Below, in pieces: positions 39,456 to 49,796 of a stretch of DNA of 64,000 bases. Origin of the DNA: Shigella phage TB004; the sequence record MW822011, one strand, 5' to 3'. The position numbers and the translations under genes were made by a program. Position 1 is the first letter of the stretch, and each line of letters opens with the position of its first letter. A model generated the notes under the pieces. It was not told the DNA's origin. It saw only the letters and a program-made list of their open reading frames with translations, and ran no database searches.

Positions 39456-39533
39456 CTGATATCCTCTATGCTTTAAGATAGATCTTCAAATATTATGATA
39501 TAATAGATCTATGAATTGAGCTAAGAGGTGAAA

Positions 39534-40091
39534 ATGTCAGAAACTAAGCCTAAATATAATTACGTAAACAATAAAGAGCTTTTACAAGCTATTATTGATT
39601 GGAAAACAGAATTAGCAAATAATAAAGACCCAAATAAAGTAGTTCGTCAGAATGATACTATCGGATTAGCCATTATGCTTATTGCAGAAGGCTTATCTAA
39701 ACGTTTCAACTTTTCAGGATACACCCAATCTTGGAAACAAGAAATGATTGCAGATGGTATAGAAGCTTCTATTAAGGGGCTTCATAATTTTGATGAAACG
39801 AAATATAAAAACCCACATGCATATATAACTCAAGCTTGTTTTAATGCATTCGTCCAACGTATTAAAAAAGAACGTAAGGAAGTTGCAAAGAAATATAGTT
39901 ACTTCGTTCACAATGTCTATGACAGTCGTGACGACGATATGGTTGCGTTAGTAGATGAAACTTTTATTCAAGACATCTACGATAAAATGACGCATTACGA
40001 AGAATCAACCTATAGAACACCAGGGGCTGAAAAGAAAAGTGTTGTAGACGATTCTCCTAGTTTGGATTTTTTATATGAGGCTAACGATTAA
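39534..40091 (+). CDS. 55: late-transcription sigma factor gp55
   Basis: 185 aa from ATG 39534; matches recalled T4 gp55. Confidence 0.85.
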
Positions 40092-40293
40092 CCTCTCCGG
40101 ATTCTTGGAAGAAATACCTGAAGTTGAAGCTATTCCCTATTTACTTAAAATGTATCTCAGGGAAGTTTTAGCTCTTGACATTGATATTGATCCAGAAAAT
40201 CCGTATGATACCGCTTTTAAATCTAATGGTGTAGAATTAAACTATCGGTATCATTTAACAGATGATGATTTTTATTTTATATTAGAGAAATAA
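40075..40293 (+). CDS. hypothetical protein
   Basis: 72 aa, overlaps end of gene 55. Confidence 0.35.
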
Positions 40294-40294
40294 T

Positions 40295-40612
40295 ATGACT
40301 GATAAACCCGAAATTAATGATGAAGTGGAAAAGCTTATTTCTTCTATTGAAGAAAAGAACCGTCTTGAAGCAGAAAGAAAAGCAAATAAGTTATTGTCTA
40401 AAAACAAACGCGAACTGAACCGTCTTTATAAACACGCTCAGATTGCAGCTGAAAACAATAATTTTGCTCAATACGAATATGCTATCAAGAAAAGTCGGGA
40501 TATTCTAAAACAGCCATATAACGATGAACTTATTAGTATTCTTTGGAAGACTACTAGATCGCAGATTGAGGATATGATTGATGCTTACACACGTAAAATT
40601 CAAGCGTCTTAA
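40295..40612 (+). CDS. hypothetical coiled-coil protein
   Basis: 105 aa. Confidence 0.45.
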   Translation: MTDKPEINDEVEKLISSIEEKNRLEAERKANKLLSKNKRELNRLYKHAQIAAENNNFAQYEYAIKKSRDILKQPYNDELISILWKTTRSQIEDMIDAYTRKIQAS

Positions 40613-40784
40613 AATTAATGCAGGATTTACTGAATCTTTGAATGGTCATCTTTGCGTGAAAATTTCTGAAAAAGAATACCATGATAGTTCAATCAAAGAA
40701 GTTAATCCTCCTATTGTAAGAGCAGACCCTAATATGAAAGTGTGGGTTGATTCTTATCAAGTCAAAAAATGGTGGCAACTGTGA
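40578..40784 (+). CDS. hypothetical protein
   Basis: 68 aa. Confidence 0.35.
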   Translation: MMLTHVKFKRLKINAGFTESLNGHLCVKISEKEYHDSSIKEVNPPIVRADPNMKVWVDSYQVKKWWQL

Positions 40785-40960
40785 AAGATGAACGCCAGAC
40801 TTGTGAAATAGATTATAATAAAATTCGTTCCTCTAAAGTAGAAATGATGAGACGCTTTAAAGAGGCTCATGATAAAGCTAAAGCAGAAGGAACTATAACA
40901 TATAAACCCATTAAATTTAGAAGCTCTAATGAGCCTCTGTATGGTGTATTATGTGGATAG
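40769..40960 (+). CDS. hypothetical protein
   Basis: 63 aa, followed by GGAGC-TTCG-GCTCC hairpin. Confidence 0.35.
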   Translation: MVATVKDERQTCEIDYNKIRSSKVEMMRRFKEAHDKAKAEGTITYKPIKFRSSNEPLYGVLCG

Positions 40961-41009
40961 GAGCTTCGGCTCCTATATTGCTTTATAAATTTTTGGTAAA
41001 ATAATTAAA

Positions 41010-41804
41010 ATGAATTATTTAAATATATATAATTTACTGATAGAAAAAGGACTAAACAGAGGCAATGATAAAAGTCTTTTGACATACTATACTGAAACTC
41101 ATCATATAATTCCTAGATGTATGGGTGGTACAGATGATAAAACTAATTTAGTTCTTTTGACACCAGAAGAACATTTTACCGCGCATTTATTATTATTTAA
41201 AATTTATAGACTTCCTAAATTGGCTTTAGCTATTCGTATGATGTGTTATAGTTCTGACGGAACAAGACTAAATAATAAAATGTATGGATGGATTAAAACA
41301 GCTGTATCTTCCTCAATATCGGAAGGCATGAAAGAGTTCTGGAAAGATGATGATAATAAAAAATACATGTCTAACGCTAGACGAAATGCTGGAAAACCAA
41401 TTTATCAATATGATTTAAATGGAAATTTTATTCGCAAATATAGATGTATTACAGATGCTGCAGAAGATATGTCATATAGCTGTTCAAGTTCAATTAAACA
41501 ATGTGTAGATGGGAAAAGGAAAACCGCTGGAGGATTTCAATGGAAATATTATTATTCTGATAACATAGGAAAGCCCTCTAGGATGTCTAATGCAACTAAA
41601 CAAAAAATGTCTAAATCTAAACGTGGGATAACTCAGAAAAGAAATGTGCCAGTATTTCAATATGATACTACTGGAAAATTATTACGAGTATTTCCTAAAA
41701 TTAAAGACGCAGCTGTATCCGTTAAAGGATGCATGTCTAATATTAAAAAGTGCATATCTGGAAAAAGCAAAATTGCTTATGGATATGTTTGGGCCTATTC
41801 GTAG
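41010..41804 (+). mobile_element. HNH homing endonuclease gene (Mob-like)
   Basis: HNH motif ETHHIIPRCMGG...NLVLL...HFTAH; repeated PIYQYD/VFQYD NUMOD-like modules. Confidence 0.65.
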
Positions 41805-41862
41805 TGTTTTATAGAAAATAAAATATTATTTACATGATTTATTGAATGAAAAGAGGAAAACT

Positions 41863-43065
41863 ATGCGTATTTGCATTTTTATGGCTCGGGGTCTTGAAGG
41901 TTGCGGTGTAACTAAATTTTCTCTTGAGCAACGTGATTGGTTCATTAAAAATGGCCATGAAGTAACTCTGGTTTATGCTAAAGATAAATCATTTACTCGT
42001 ACAAGTTCTCATGACCACAAATCATTTTCAATTCCAGTTATTTTAGCTAAAGAATACGATAAAGCACTTAAACTGATTAATGATTGTGATATTCTAATTA
42101 TTAATTCTGTTCCTGCTAATTCCGTTCAAGAAGCTACGATTAATAACTATAAAAAACTTTTAGATAATATTAAACCTTCTATTCGTGTTGTAGTTTATCA
42201 GCATGATCATTCTGTTCTTTCTTTGCGTCGAAATTCGGGATTAGAAGAAACTGTTCGTCGAGCTGATGTTATTTTTAGCCATTCTGATAATGGTGATTTT
42301 AATAAAGTTCTGATGAAAGAGTGGTATCCAGAAACTGTTTCTCTGTTTGATGATATTGAAGAAGCACCGACAGTATATAACTTTCAGCCTCCTATGGATA
42401 TTGCGAAGGTTCGGTCAACTTATTGGAAAGATGTTTCTGAAATTAACATGAATATCAACCGTTGGATTGGTCGTACTACTACATGGAAAGGATTTTATCA
42501 GATGTTTGATTTTCACGAAAAACATCTTAAACCTGCTGGTAGATCCACTGTAATGGAAGGTCTTGAACGTTCCCCTGCTTTTATTGCAATTAAGGAAAAA
42601 GGTATTCCGTATGAATATTACGGTAATCGTGAGATTGATAAAATGAATCTCACGCCGAATCAACCGGCACAAATCCTAGATTGTTATATTAATAGCGAAA
42701 TGCTTGAACGAATGAGTAAATCTGGCTTTGGATATCAGTTGAGTAAACTTAACCAGAAATACTTACAACGCTCACTCGAATATACTCATCTTGAATTAGG
42801 CGCTTGTGGTACAATTCCTGTTTTCTGGAAATCTACTGGCGAAAATTTAAAATTCCGTGTTGATAATACTCCTTTGACCTCGCATGATAGCGGTATCATT
42901 TGGTTTGATGAAAATGACATGGAATCAACATTTGAACGTATTAAAGAATTGTCATCTGACCGAGCTCTTTATGACCGTGAGCGAGAAAAAGCGTATGAAT
43001 TTTTGTATCAGCATCAAGATTCAAGCTTCTGCTTTAAAGAACAGTTTGACATTATTACAAAATAA
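41863..43065 (+). CDS. agt: DNA alpha-glucosyltransferase
   Basis: 400 aa starting MRICIFMARGLEGCGVTKF; matches recalled T4 AGT. Confidence 0.85.
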   Translation: MRICIFMARGLEGCGVTKFSLEQRDWFIKNGHEVTLVYAKDKSFTRTSSHDHKSFSIPVILAKEYDKALKLINDCDILIINSVPANSVQEATINNYKKLLDNIKPSIRVVVYQHDHSVLSLRRNSGLEETVRRADVIFSHSDNGDFNKVLMKEWYPETVSLFDDIEEAPTVYNFQPPMDIAKVRSTYWKDVSEINMNINRWIGRTTTWKGFYQMFDFHEKHLKPAGRSTVMEGLERSPAFIAIKEKGIPYEYYGNREIDKMNLTPNQPAQILDCYINSEMLERMSKSGFGYQLSKLNQKYLQRSLEYTHLELGACGTIPVFWKSTGENLKFRVDNTPLTSHDSGIIWFDENDMESTFERIKELSSDRALYDREREKAYEFLYQHQDSSFCFKEQFDIITK

Positions 43066-43241
43066 AGGGCTTCGGCCCTTTAGCTTTATACGGAGTTTGA
43101 TATAATGATATTTCTTGGATATGTGATACTTTTTCTAGCGTTTTATTTGTTCACTAGAGCATGTTGGATTGGGTTCTTTAGCACTCCAGATGGATTTATT
43201 TCAATAATTTTATTTTGCATTTCAATGACGGTTCTTGATAT

Positions 43242-44261
43242 ATGAAAATTTTAAATTTAGGTGATTGGCATTTAGGTGTTAAAGCCGATGATGAGTGGAT
43301 TCGCGGTATTCAAATTGATGGAATTAAACAAGCAATAGAATATTCTAAGAAAAATGGAATTACTACCTGGATTCAATACGGTGATATTTTTGATGTGCGA
43401 AAAGCGATCACGCATAAAACTATGGAGTTTGCCCGTGAAATAGTTCAAATGCTTGATGGTGCTGGAATCACATTACATACTATTGTAGGAAATCACGATC
43501 TCCACTATAAAAATGTAATGCATCCAAATGCTTCTACTGAGCTTTTGGCTAAATATCCTAATGTTAAAGTATATGATAAGCCTACTACAGTAGATTTTGA
43601 CGGATGTTTGATTGATTTAATTCCTTGGATGTGTGAAGAAAATACTGGTGAAATTCTTGAACACATCAAAACTTCATCTGCTTCTTTTTGTGTTGGTCAC
43701 TGGGAACTGAATGGATTTTATTTTTATAAAGGAATGAAATCTCACGGTCTTGAACCTGATTTCCTTAAGACTTATAAAGAGGTGTGGTCTGGTCACTTCC
43801 ATACTATCTCTGAGGCTGCTAACGTCAGATATATTGGGACACCATGGACACTAACTGCAGGTGACGAGAATGACCCTCGCGGGTTCTGGATGTTTGATAC
43901 AGAAACAGAACGAATGGAATTTATTCCAAACAACACTACCTGGCATCGTCGAATTCAATATCCGTTTAAGGGAAAAATTGACTATAAAGATTTTACAAAT
44001 CTATCAGTACGTGTTATAGTAACTGAGGTAGACAAAAATCTGACGAAGTTCGAATCTGAACTAGAAAAAGTTGTGCATTCATTACGAGTTGTGTCAAAGA
44101 TTGATAACTCTGTCGAGTCAGATGATAGTGAAGAAGTTGAAGTTCAATCTCTTCAGACGTTGATGGAAGAATACATTAATGCAATTCCAGACATCACTGA
44201 TTCTGACCGTGAAGCACTTATTCAATATGCAAATCAGTTATATGTAGAGGCAACACAATGA
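43242..44261 (+). CDS. 47: recombination nuclease subunit gp47 (Mre11-like)
   Basis: 339 aa; phosphoesterase motifs GDWHLG, GNHD. Confidence 0.9.
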   Translation: MKILNLGDWHLGVKADDEWIRGIQIDGIKQAIEYSKKNGITTWIQYGDIFDVRKAITHKTMEFAREIVQMLDGAGITLHTIVGNHDLHYKNVMHPNASTELLAKYPNVKVYDKPTTVDFDGCLIDLIPWMCEENTGEILEHIKTSSASFCVGHWELNGFYFYKGMKSHGLEPDFLKTYKEVWSGHFHTISEAANVRYIGTPWTLTAGDENDPRGFWMFDTETERMEFIPNNTTWHRRIQYPFKGKIDYKDFTNLSVRVIVTEVDKNLTKFESELEKVVHSLRVVSKIDNSVESDDSEEVEVQSLQTLMEEYINAIPDITDSDREALIQYANQLYVEATQ

Positions 44262-44521
44262 CTTTTGATGAATTTAAAAATGTTATGATGAGTCAGCATT
44301 TTGAATGCGAAGTAAAAGATGATATTGGGCATAAAGAAATTATTGAATATTGGTTTGAACCGCTAGAAGTTGAAGATAATTGTATTAAAAAGGTCACGGT
44401 CTGCACTGACTGGGCTGTATCTTTTAACTTCAACATTTTAGATAATGACACACCTAAATCATTACAAGATATGGCTGTATCTTGTATTAAGGATGCATAC
44501 TGTGAAGTTTTCGACATTTGA
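44258..44521 (+). CDS. hypothetical protein
   Basis: 87 aa between 47 and 46. Confidence 0.45.
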   Translation: MTFDEFKNVMMSQHFECEVKDDIGHKEIIEYWFEPLEVEDNCIKKVTVCTDWAVSFNFNILDNDTPKSLQDMAVSCIKDAYCEVFDI

Positions 44522-44708
44522 CATTAATGATGAATTCATAGCAAATATTGATTACACCGAAGAAGATTCTAGATATGTTGGAATAATTTATATCACATCA
44601 AAAGCAGCACAAGGTGTTGTTTGCATGGCTGAATTTGATGAATACTTTTTAGATTATGATGATATGATAGAATGGTCTAAAAGATACATTAAAAGGAATC
44701 TTTTGTGA
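44493..44708 (+). CDS. hypothetical protein
   Basis: 71 aa from ATG 44493. Confidence 0.35.
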   Translation: MHTVKFSTFDINDEFIANIDYTEEDSRYVGIIYITSKAAQGVVCMAEFDEYFLDYDDMIEWSKRYIKRNLL

Positions 44709-46387
44709 AGAATTTTAAACTAAACCGAGTTAGGTATCAAAATATAATGTCAGTAGGTGGAAATCCTATTGACATTCAATTAGATAAGGTTCAAAAAACT
44801 CTTATTACTGGACGAAATGGCGGTGGTAAGTCTACTATGTTAGAAGCCATCACGTTTGGGCTTTTCGGCAAGCCATTCCGTGATGTAAAGAAAGGTCAAT
44901 TAATAAACAGCACAAATAAGAAAGAACTTTTAGTTGAATTGTGGATGGAATATGATGAGAAAAAGTACTATATCAAAAGAGGACAAAAACCAAACGTTTT
45001 CGAAATCACCGTTAACGGTACACGTCTTAATGAATCTGCCAGCAGTAAAGATTTCCAAGCAGAATTTGAACAGCTTATCGGAATGTCATATGCCAGTTTC
45101 AAACAGATCGTCGTACTCGGCACGGCTGGATATACCCCTTTCATGGGCCTATCCACTCCTGCAAGAAGAAAACTCGTCGAAGACCTGCTCGAAGTAGGAA
45201 CATTAGCTGAAATGGATAAGCTTAATAAAGCACTAATACGTGAATTAAATTCACAAAACCAAGTGCTTGATGTTAAAAAAGATAGTATTATCCAACAAAT
45301 TAAAATATATAATGATAACGTTGAACGCCAGAAAAAATTAACTGGTGATAACCTTACTCGTCTGCAGAATATGTATGATGATTTGGCGAAAGAAGCTAGA
45401 ACGTTAAAATCGGAAATAGAAGAAGCTAATGAAAGATTAGTTAATATTGTTTTAGATGAAGACCCGACTGATGCATTTAATAAAATCGGTCAAGAAGCAT
45501 TTTTAATTAAATCAAAAATTGATTCGTATAATAAAGTCATTAATATGTATCACGAAGGTGGATTATGTCCAACCTGTTTGTCACAATTAAGTTCCGGTGA
45601 TAAAGTTGTTTCTAAAATTAAAGATAAAGTTTCTGAATGCACGCATTCGTTTGAACAGCTTTCAACACATCGTGATAATTTAAAAGTTCTTGTTGATGAA
45701 TACCGAGATAATATTAAAACCCAGCAGACGTTGGCGAATGATATTCGCAATAAAAAGCAATCTCTAATCACGACGGTAGATAAAGCTAAAAAGGTTAAAG
45801 CGGCTATAGAAAAAGCATCATCTGAGTTTATTGACCATGCTGATGAAATAGCACTGCTTCAAGAAGAACTTGATAAAATTGTTAAGACAAAAACTAATTT
45901 AGTAATGGAAAAATACCATAGAGGAATTTTGACTGATATGCTCAAAGATTCTGGTATTAAAGGTGCTATTATTAAAAAGTACATTCCATTATTTAATAAG
46001 CAGATTAACCATTATCTTAAAATAATGGAAGCGGATTATGTGTTTACATTAGATGAAGAATTTAATGAGACAATTAAATCCCGTGGTCGTGAAGATTTTA
46101 GTTATGCTTCATTTAGTGAAGGTGAAAAAGCACGAATCGATATTGCCCTTTTATTTACTTGGCGTGATATTGCTTCTATCGTATCTGGTGTTAGTATTAG
46201 TACATTAATTCTTGATGAAGTGTTTGATGGGTCATTTGATGCCGAAGGTATTAAAGGCGTAGCTAATATTATAAATTCAATGAAAAATACTAATGTTTTT
46301 ATAATTTCGCATAAAGACCATGACCCGCAAGAATATGGTCAGCATCTTCAAATGAAGAAAGTTGGTCGATTTACTGTAATGGTTTAA
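44705..46387 (+). CDS. 46: recombination ATPase gp46 (Rad50/SbcC-like)
   Basis: 560 aa, GTG start, Walker A GRNGGGKST, zinc-hook CPTC, coiled coil. Confidence 0.9.
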   Translation: MKNFKLNRVRYQNIMSVGGNPIDIQLDKVQKTLITGRNGGGKSTMLEAITFGLFGKPFRDVKKGQLINSTNKKELLVELWMEYDEKKYYIKRGQKPNVFEITVNGTRLNESASSKDFQAEFEQLIGMSYASFKQIVVLGTAGYTPFMGLSTPARRKLVEDLLEVGTLAEMDKLNKALIRELNSQNQVLDVKKDSIIQQIKIYNDNVERQKKLTGDNLTRLQNMYDDLAKEARTLKSEIEEANERLVNIVLDEDPTDAFNKIGQEAFLIKSKIDSYNKVINMYHEGGLCPTCLSQLSSGDKVVSKIKDKVSECTHSFEQLSTHRDNLKVLVDEYRDNIKTQQTLANDIRNKKQSLITTVDKAKKVKAAIEKASSEFIDHADEIALLQEELDKIVKTKTNLVMEKYHRGILTDMLKDSGIKGAIIKKYIPLFNKQINHYLKIMEADYVFTLDEEFNETIKSRGREDFSYASFSEGEKARIDIALLFTWRDIASIVSGVSISTLILDEVFDGSFDAEGIKGVANIINSMKNTNVFIISHKDHDPQEYGQHLQMKKVGRFTVMV

Positions 46388-46442
46388 TTTATAAGAGATT
46401 ATGCTTTAATTTATTAGAGTATAATCTCTATGGAGGAAAAAC

Positions 46443-46631
46443 ATGGAATATTCAACTGGACAGCATCTATTAACTATTCCTGAAATAAAACGATATATTC
46501 TGAGAAATAATTTTTCTAATGAAGAGCATATAGTTACTGAATCTATGCTTAAGAATGCATTTAAATCAGAATATACGAAAATAATGTCCAACAGAAATGA
46601 AGCTTGGACTGTTACTGATTATTATGACTAA
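46443..46631 (+). CDS. hypothetical protein
   Basis: 62 aa. Confidence 0.4.
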   Translation: MEYSTGQHLLTIPEIKRYILRNNFSNEEHIVTESMLKNAFKSEYTKIMSNRNEAWTVTDYYD

Positions 46632-46640
46632 AGGTGTATT

Positions 46641-47030
46641 ATGACTAAAATTACCGTGAATTATACTGTTGATGTAAAAGATATTCAGCCAAAACACGTG
46701 CGTTCTGAATCAAATCCGCAAAACCAAAATAAAATTCGTCGAGCATGGGTTTTGTCTCTTTCTGATAACGCGATGGAAGTTATTCAGAATAAAATTAAAT
46801 CTGCACCTGCTCGTCATGCGTATTATGAAGCTATCGATCGTGAAGTAAGTAATAAATGGATTGAATTAATGCGCAAACATACGACAGAATCTTTAAATGC
46901 TGGTGCTAAATTTATTATGACTTCATGTGGTGAACGCCTTGAAGATGATTATTGCGGCAATGCAGATGAACGTCTGATTGTTGCTGCTCAAATTGTTGCC
47001 GAAACAATCGCAACTGATTTTAATCGTTAA
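46641..47030 (+). CDS. rpbA: RNA polymerase binding protein RpbA
   Basis: 129 aa; size and position between 46 and 45. Confidence 0.7.
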   Translation: MTKITVNYTVDVKDIQPKHVRSESNPQNQNKIRRAWVLSLSDNAMEVIQNKIKSAPARHAYYEAIDREVSNKWIELMRKHTTESLNAGAKFIMTSCGERLEDDYCGNADERLIVAAQIVAETIATDFNR

Positions 47031-47085
47031 TTGCTTTATTAAATTAGTTATAAAATTAAATCTCATTTGAATTGAAGGAAATTAC

Positions 47086-47772
47086 ATGAAACTGTCTAAA
47101 GATACACTGAATATTTTGAAAAATTTCGCTACTATTAACTCTGGTATTATGCTTAAATCTGGTCAATTTATTATGACTCGCGCGGTTAATGGTACAACTT
47201 ATGCGGAAGCAAATATTTCTGACACTATTGATTTTGATGTAGCAATTTACGATTTGAACGGTTTTCTCGGTATTCTGTCTCTAGTTAATGATGATGCAGA
47301 AATTTCCCAGTCAGAAGATGGTAATATTAAAATTGCTGATGCTCGTTCAACAATTTTTTGGCCAGCAGCCGATCCAAGTACAGTAGTTGCTCCTAATAAA
47401 CCAATTCCATTCCCGGTAGCATCTGTTGTTACTGAAATTAAAGCTGAAGACCTTCAACAGCTATTGCGTGTATCTCGCGGTCTGCAGATTGATACAATTG
47501 CTATCACAGTAAAAGAAGGTAAAATCGTAATTAACGGTTTTAATAAAGTAGAAGATTCTGCTTTAACCCGTGTTAAATATTCTTTGACTCTTGGTGATTA
47601 TGATGGTGAAAATACATTTAATTTCATTATCAATATGGCAAATATGAAAATGCAACCAGGAAATTATAAACTTCTGCTCTGGGCAAAAGGTAAACAAGGT
47701 GCTGCTAAATTTGAAGGTGAACACGCGAATTATGTAGTAGCTCTTGAAGCTGATTCTACCCACGATTTTTAA
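47086..47772 (+). CDS. 45: sliding clamp gp45
   Basis: 228 aa; matches T4 gp45. Confidence 0.92.
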   Translation: MKLSKDTLNILKNFATINSGIMLKSGQFIMTRAVNGTTYAEANISDTIDFDVAIYDLNGFLGILSLVNDDAEISQSEDGNIKIADARSTIFWPAADPSTVVAPNKPIPFPVASVVTEIKAEDLQQLLRVSRGLQIDTIAITVKEGKIVINGFNKVEDSALTRVKYSLTLGDYDGENTFNFIINMANMKMQPGNYKLLLWAKGKQGAAKFEGEHANYVVALEADSTHDF

Positions 47773-47823
47773 TAGAGGGCTTCGGCCCTTTATAATTTAC
47801 ACTAAAACTTGAATGAGGAAATT

Positions 47824-48783
47824 ATGATTACTGTAAATGAAAAAGAACACATTCTTGAACAGAAATATCGTCCATCTACTATCGATGAATGTATTCTTCC
47901 CGCCTTTGATAAAGAAACCTTTAAATCTATTACAAGTAAAGGTAAGATTCCACATATTATTCTTCATTCTCCTTCTCCAGGAACAGGTAAAACAACCGTA
48001 GCAAAAGCATTGTGTCATGATGTAAATGCTGATATGATGTTTGTGAATGGGTCAGATTGTAAAATTGATTTCGTTCGCGGTCCTTTGACTAATTTTGCTA
48101 GTGCAGCTTCATTTGATGGTCGTCAAAAAGTAATCGTTATTGATGAATTTGACCGTTCAGGGTTAGCAGAGTCTCAGCGACATCTTCGTTCCTTTATGGA
48201 AGCTTATAGTTCAAACTGTAGTATTATTATTACTGCTAACAATATTGATGGTATTATTAAACCGCTTCAGTCACGCTGCCGAGTTATTACGTTCGGTCAA
48301 CCGACCGATGAAGATAAAATTGAAATGATGAAGCAGATGATTCGTCGATTGACTGAAATCTGTAAGCATGAAGGAATTGCTATAGCTGATATGAAAGTTG
48401 TAGCAGCTTTAGTTAAAAAGAATTTTCCTGATTTTCGTAAAACTATTGGCGAGCTCGATAGTTATTCATCTAAAGGTGTTTTGGATGCTGGTATTTTATC
48501 ACTGGTTACTAACGATCGTGGTGCTATTGATGATGTTCTTGAGTCTCTCAAAAATAAAGATGTTAAACAGCTCAGAGCTTTAGCGCCAAAATATGCAGCT
48601 GATTATTCGTGGTTCGTAGGTAAACTTGCCGAAGAAATCTATACACGCGTAACTCCGCAAAGTATTATTCGTATGTATGAAATTGTTGGTGAAAATAACC
48701 AGTATCATGGAATTGCAGCTAATACGGAATTACATTTAGCATATCTTTTCATTCAATTGGCATGCGAAATGCAGTGGAAGTGA
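47824..48783 (+). CDS. 44: clamp loader large subunit gp44
   Basis: 319 aa from ATG 47824; Walker [11 protein letters not shown]. Confidence 0.92.
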   Translation: MITVNEKEHILEQKYRPSTIDECILPAFDKETFKSITSKGKIPHIILHSPSPGTGKTTVAKALCHDVNADMMFVNGSDCKIDFVRGPLTNFASAASFDGRQKVIVIDEFDRSGLAESQRHLRSFMEAYSSNCSIIITANNIDGIIKPLQSRCRVITFGQPTDEDKIEMMKQMIRRLTEICKHEGIAIADMKVVAALVKKNFPDFRKTIGELDSYSSKGVLDAGILSLVTNDRGAIDDVLESLKNKDVKQLRALAPKYAADYSWFVGKLAEEIYTRVTPQSIIRMYEIVGENNQYHGIAANTELHLAYLFIQLACEMQWK

Positions 48784-48784
48784 T

Positions 48785-49348
48785 ATGAGCTTATTTGAAG
48801 ATGATATTCAATTAAACGAGCATCAAGTTGCTTGGTATTCAAAAGATTGGACAGCTGTCCAATCTGCTGCTGATTCTTTTAAAGAAAAAGCTGAAAATGA
48901 GTTTTTTGAAATAATTGGAGCTATTAATAATAAAACTAAATGCTCTATTGCTCAAAAAGATTATTCAAAATACATGGTTGAGAATGCATTATCACAATTT
49001 CCTGAATGCATGCCAGCTGTATATGCTATGAATTTAATTGGATCAGGTTTAAGCGATGAAGCCCATTTTAATTATCTGATGGCTGCTGTTCCTCGGGGTA
49101 AAAGATATGGTAAATGGGCAAAACTGGTTGAAGATTCTACCGAAGTATTGATTATTAAGTTACTTGCTAAGCGGTATCAAGTTAATACAAATGATGCAAT
49201 TAACTATAAATCAATTCTTACTAAAAATGGAAAACTTCCTTTAGTATTAAAAGAACTAAAAGGTTTAGTCACGGATGATTTTTTGAAAGAAGTGACTAAG
49301 AACGTAAAAGAACAGAAACAACTCAAAAAACTAGCATTGGAATGGTAA
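48785..49348 (+). CDS. 62: clamp loader small subunit gp62
   Basis: 187 aa; position between 44 and regA. Confidence 0.88.
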   Translation: MSLFEDDIQLNEHQVAWYSKDWTAVQSAADSFKEKAENEFFEIIGAINNKTKCSIAQKDYSKYMVENALSQFPECMPAVYAMNLIGSGLSDEAHFNYLMAAVPRGKRYGKWAKLVEDSTEVLIIKLLAKRYQVNTNDAINYKSILTKNGKLPLVLKELKGLVTDDFLKEVTKNVKEQKQLKKLALEW

Positions 49349-49349
49349 A

Positions 49350-49718
49350 ATGATTGAAATTACTCTTAAAAAACCTGAAGATTTTCTGAAAGTAAAAGAA
49401 ACCTTGACTCGTATGGGAATTGCTAATAATAAAGATAAAGTTCTGTATCAGTCCTGCCACATTCTTCAGAAAAAAGGACTATACTATATCGTTCATTTTA
49501 AAGAAATGCTTCGTATGGATGGCCGTCAGGTTGAAATGACAGAAGAAGATGAAGTTCGTCGTGATTCGATTGCATGGCTGTTAGAAGATTGGGGGCTGAT
49601 TGAAATCGTTCCTGGTCAAAGAACTTTTATGAAAGATTTAACTAATAACTTCCGAGTTATTTCTTTTAAGCAAAAACATGAATGGAAACTCGTTCCTAAA
49701 TATACGATTGGTAATTAA
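49350..49718 (+). CDS. regA: translational repressor RegA
   Basis: 122 aa; position before gene 43. Confidence 0.88.
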   Translation: MIEITLKKPEDFLKVKETLTRMGIANNKDKVLYQSCHILQKKGLYYIVHFKEMLRMDGRQVEMTEEDEVRRDSIAWLLEDWGLIEIVPGQRTFMKDLTNNFRVISFKQKHEWKLVPKYTIGN

Positions 49719-49796
49719 GCAAGGGGCTTCGGCCCCTTATTTGGAGTATAATATATCAAGAGCCTAATAACTCGGGCTATAAACTAAGGAATATCT

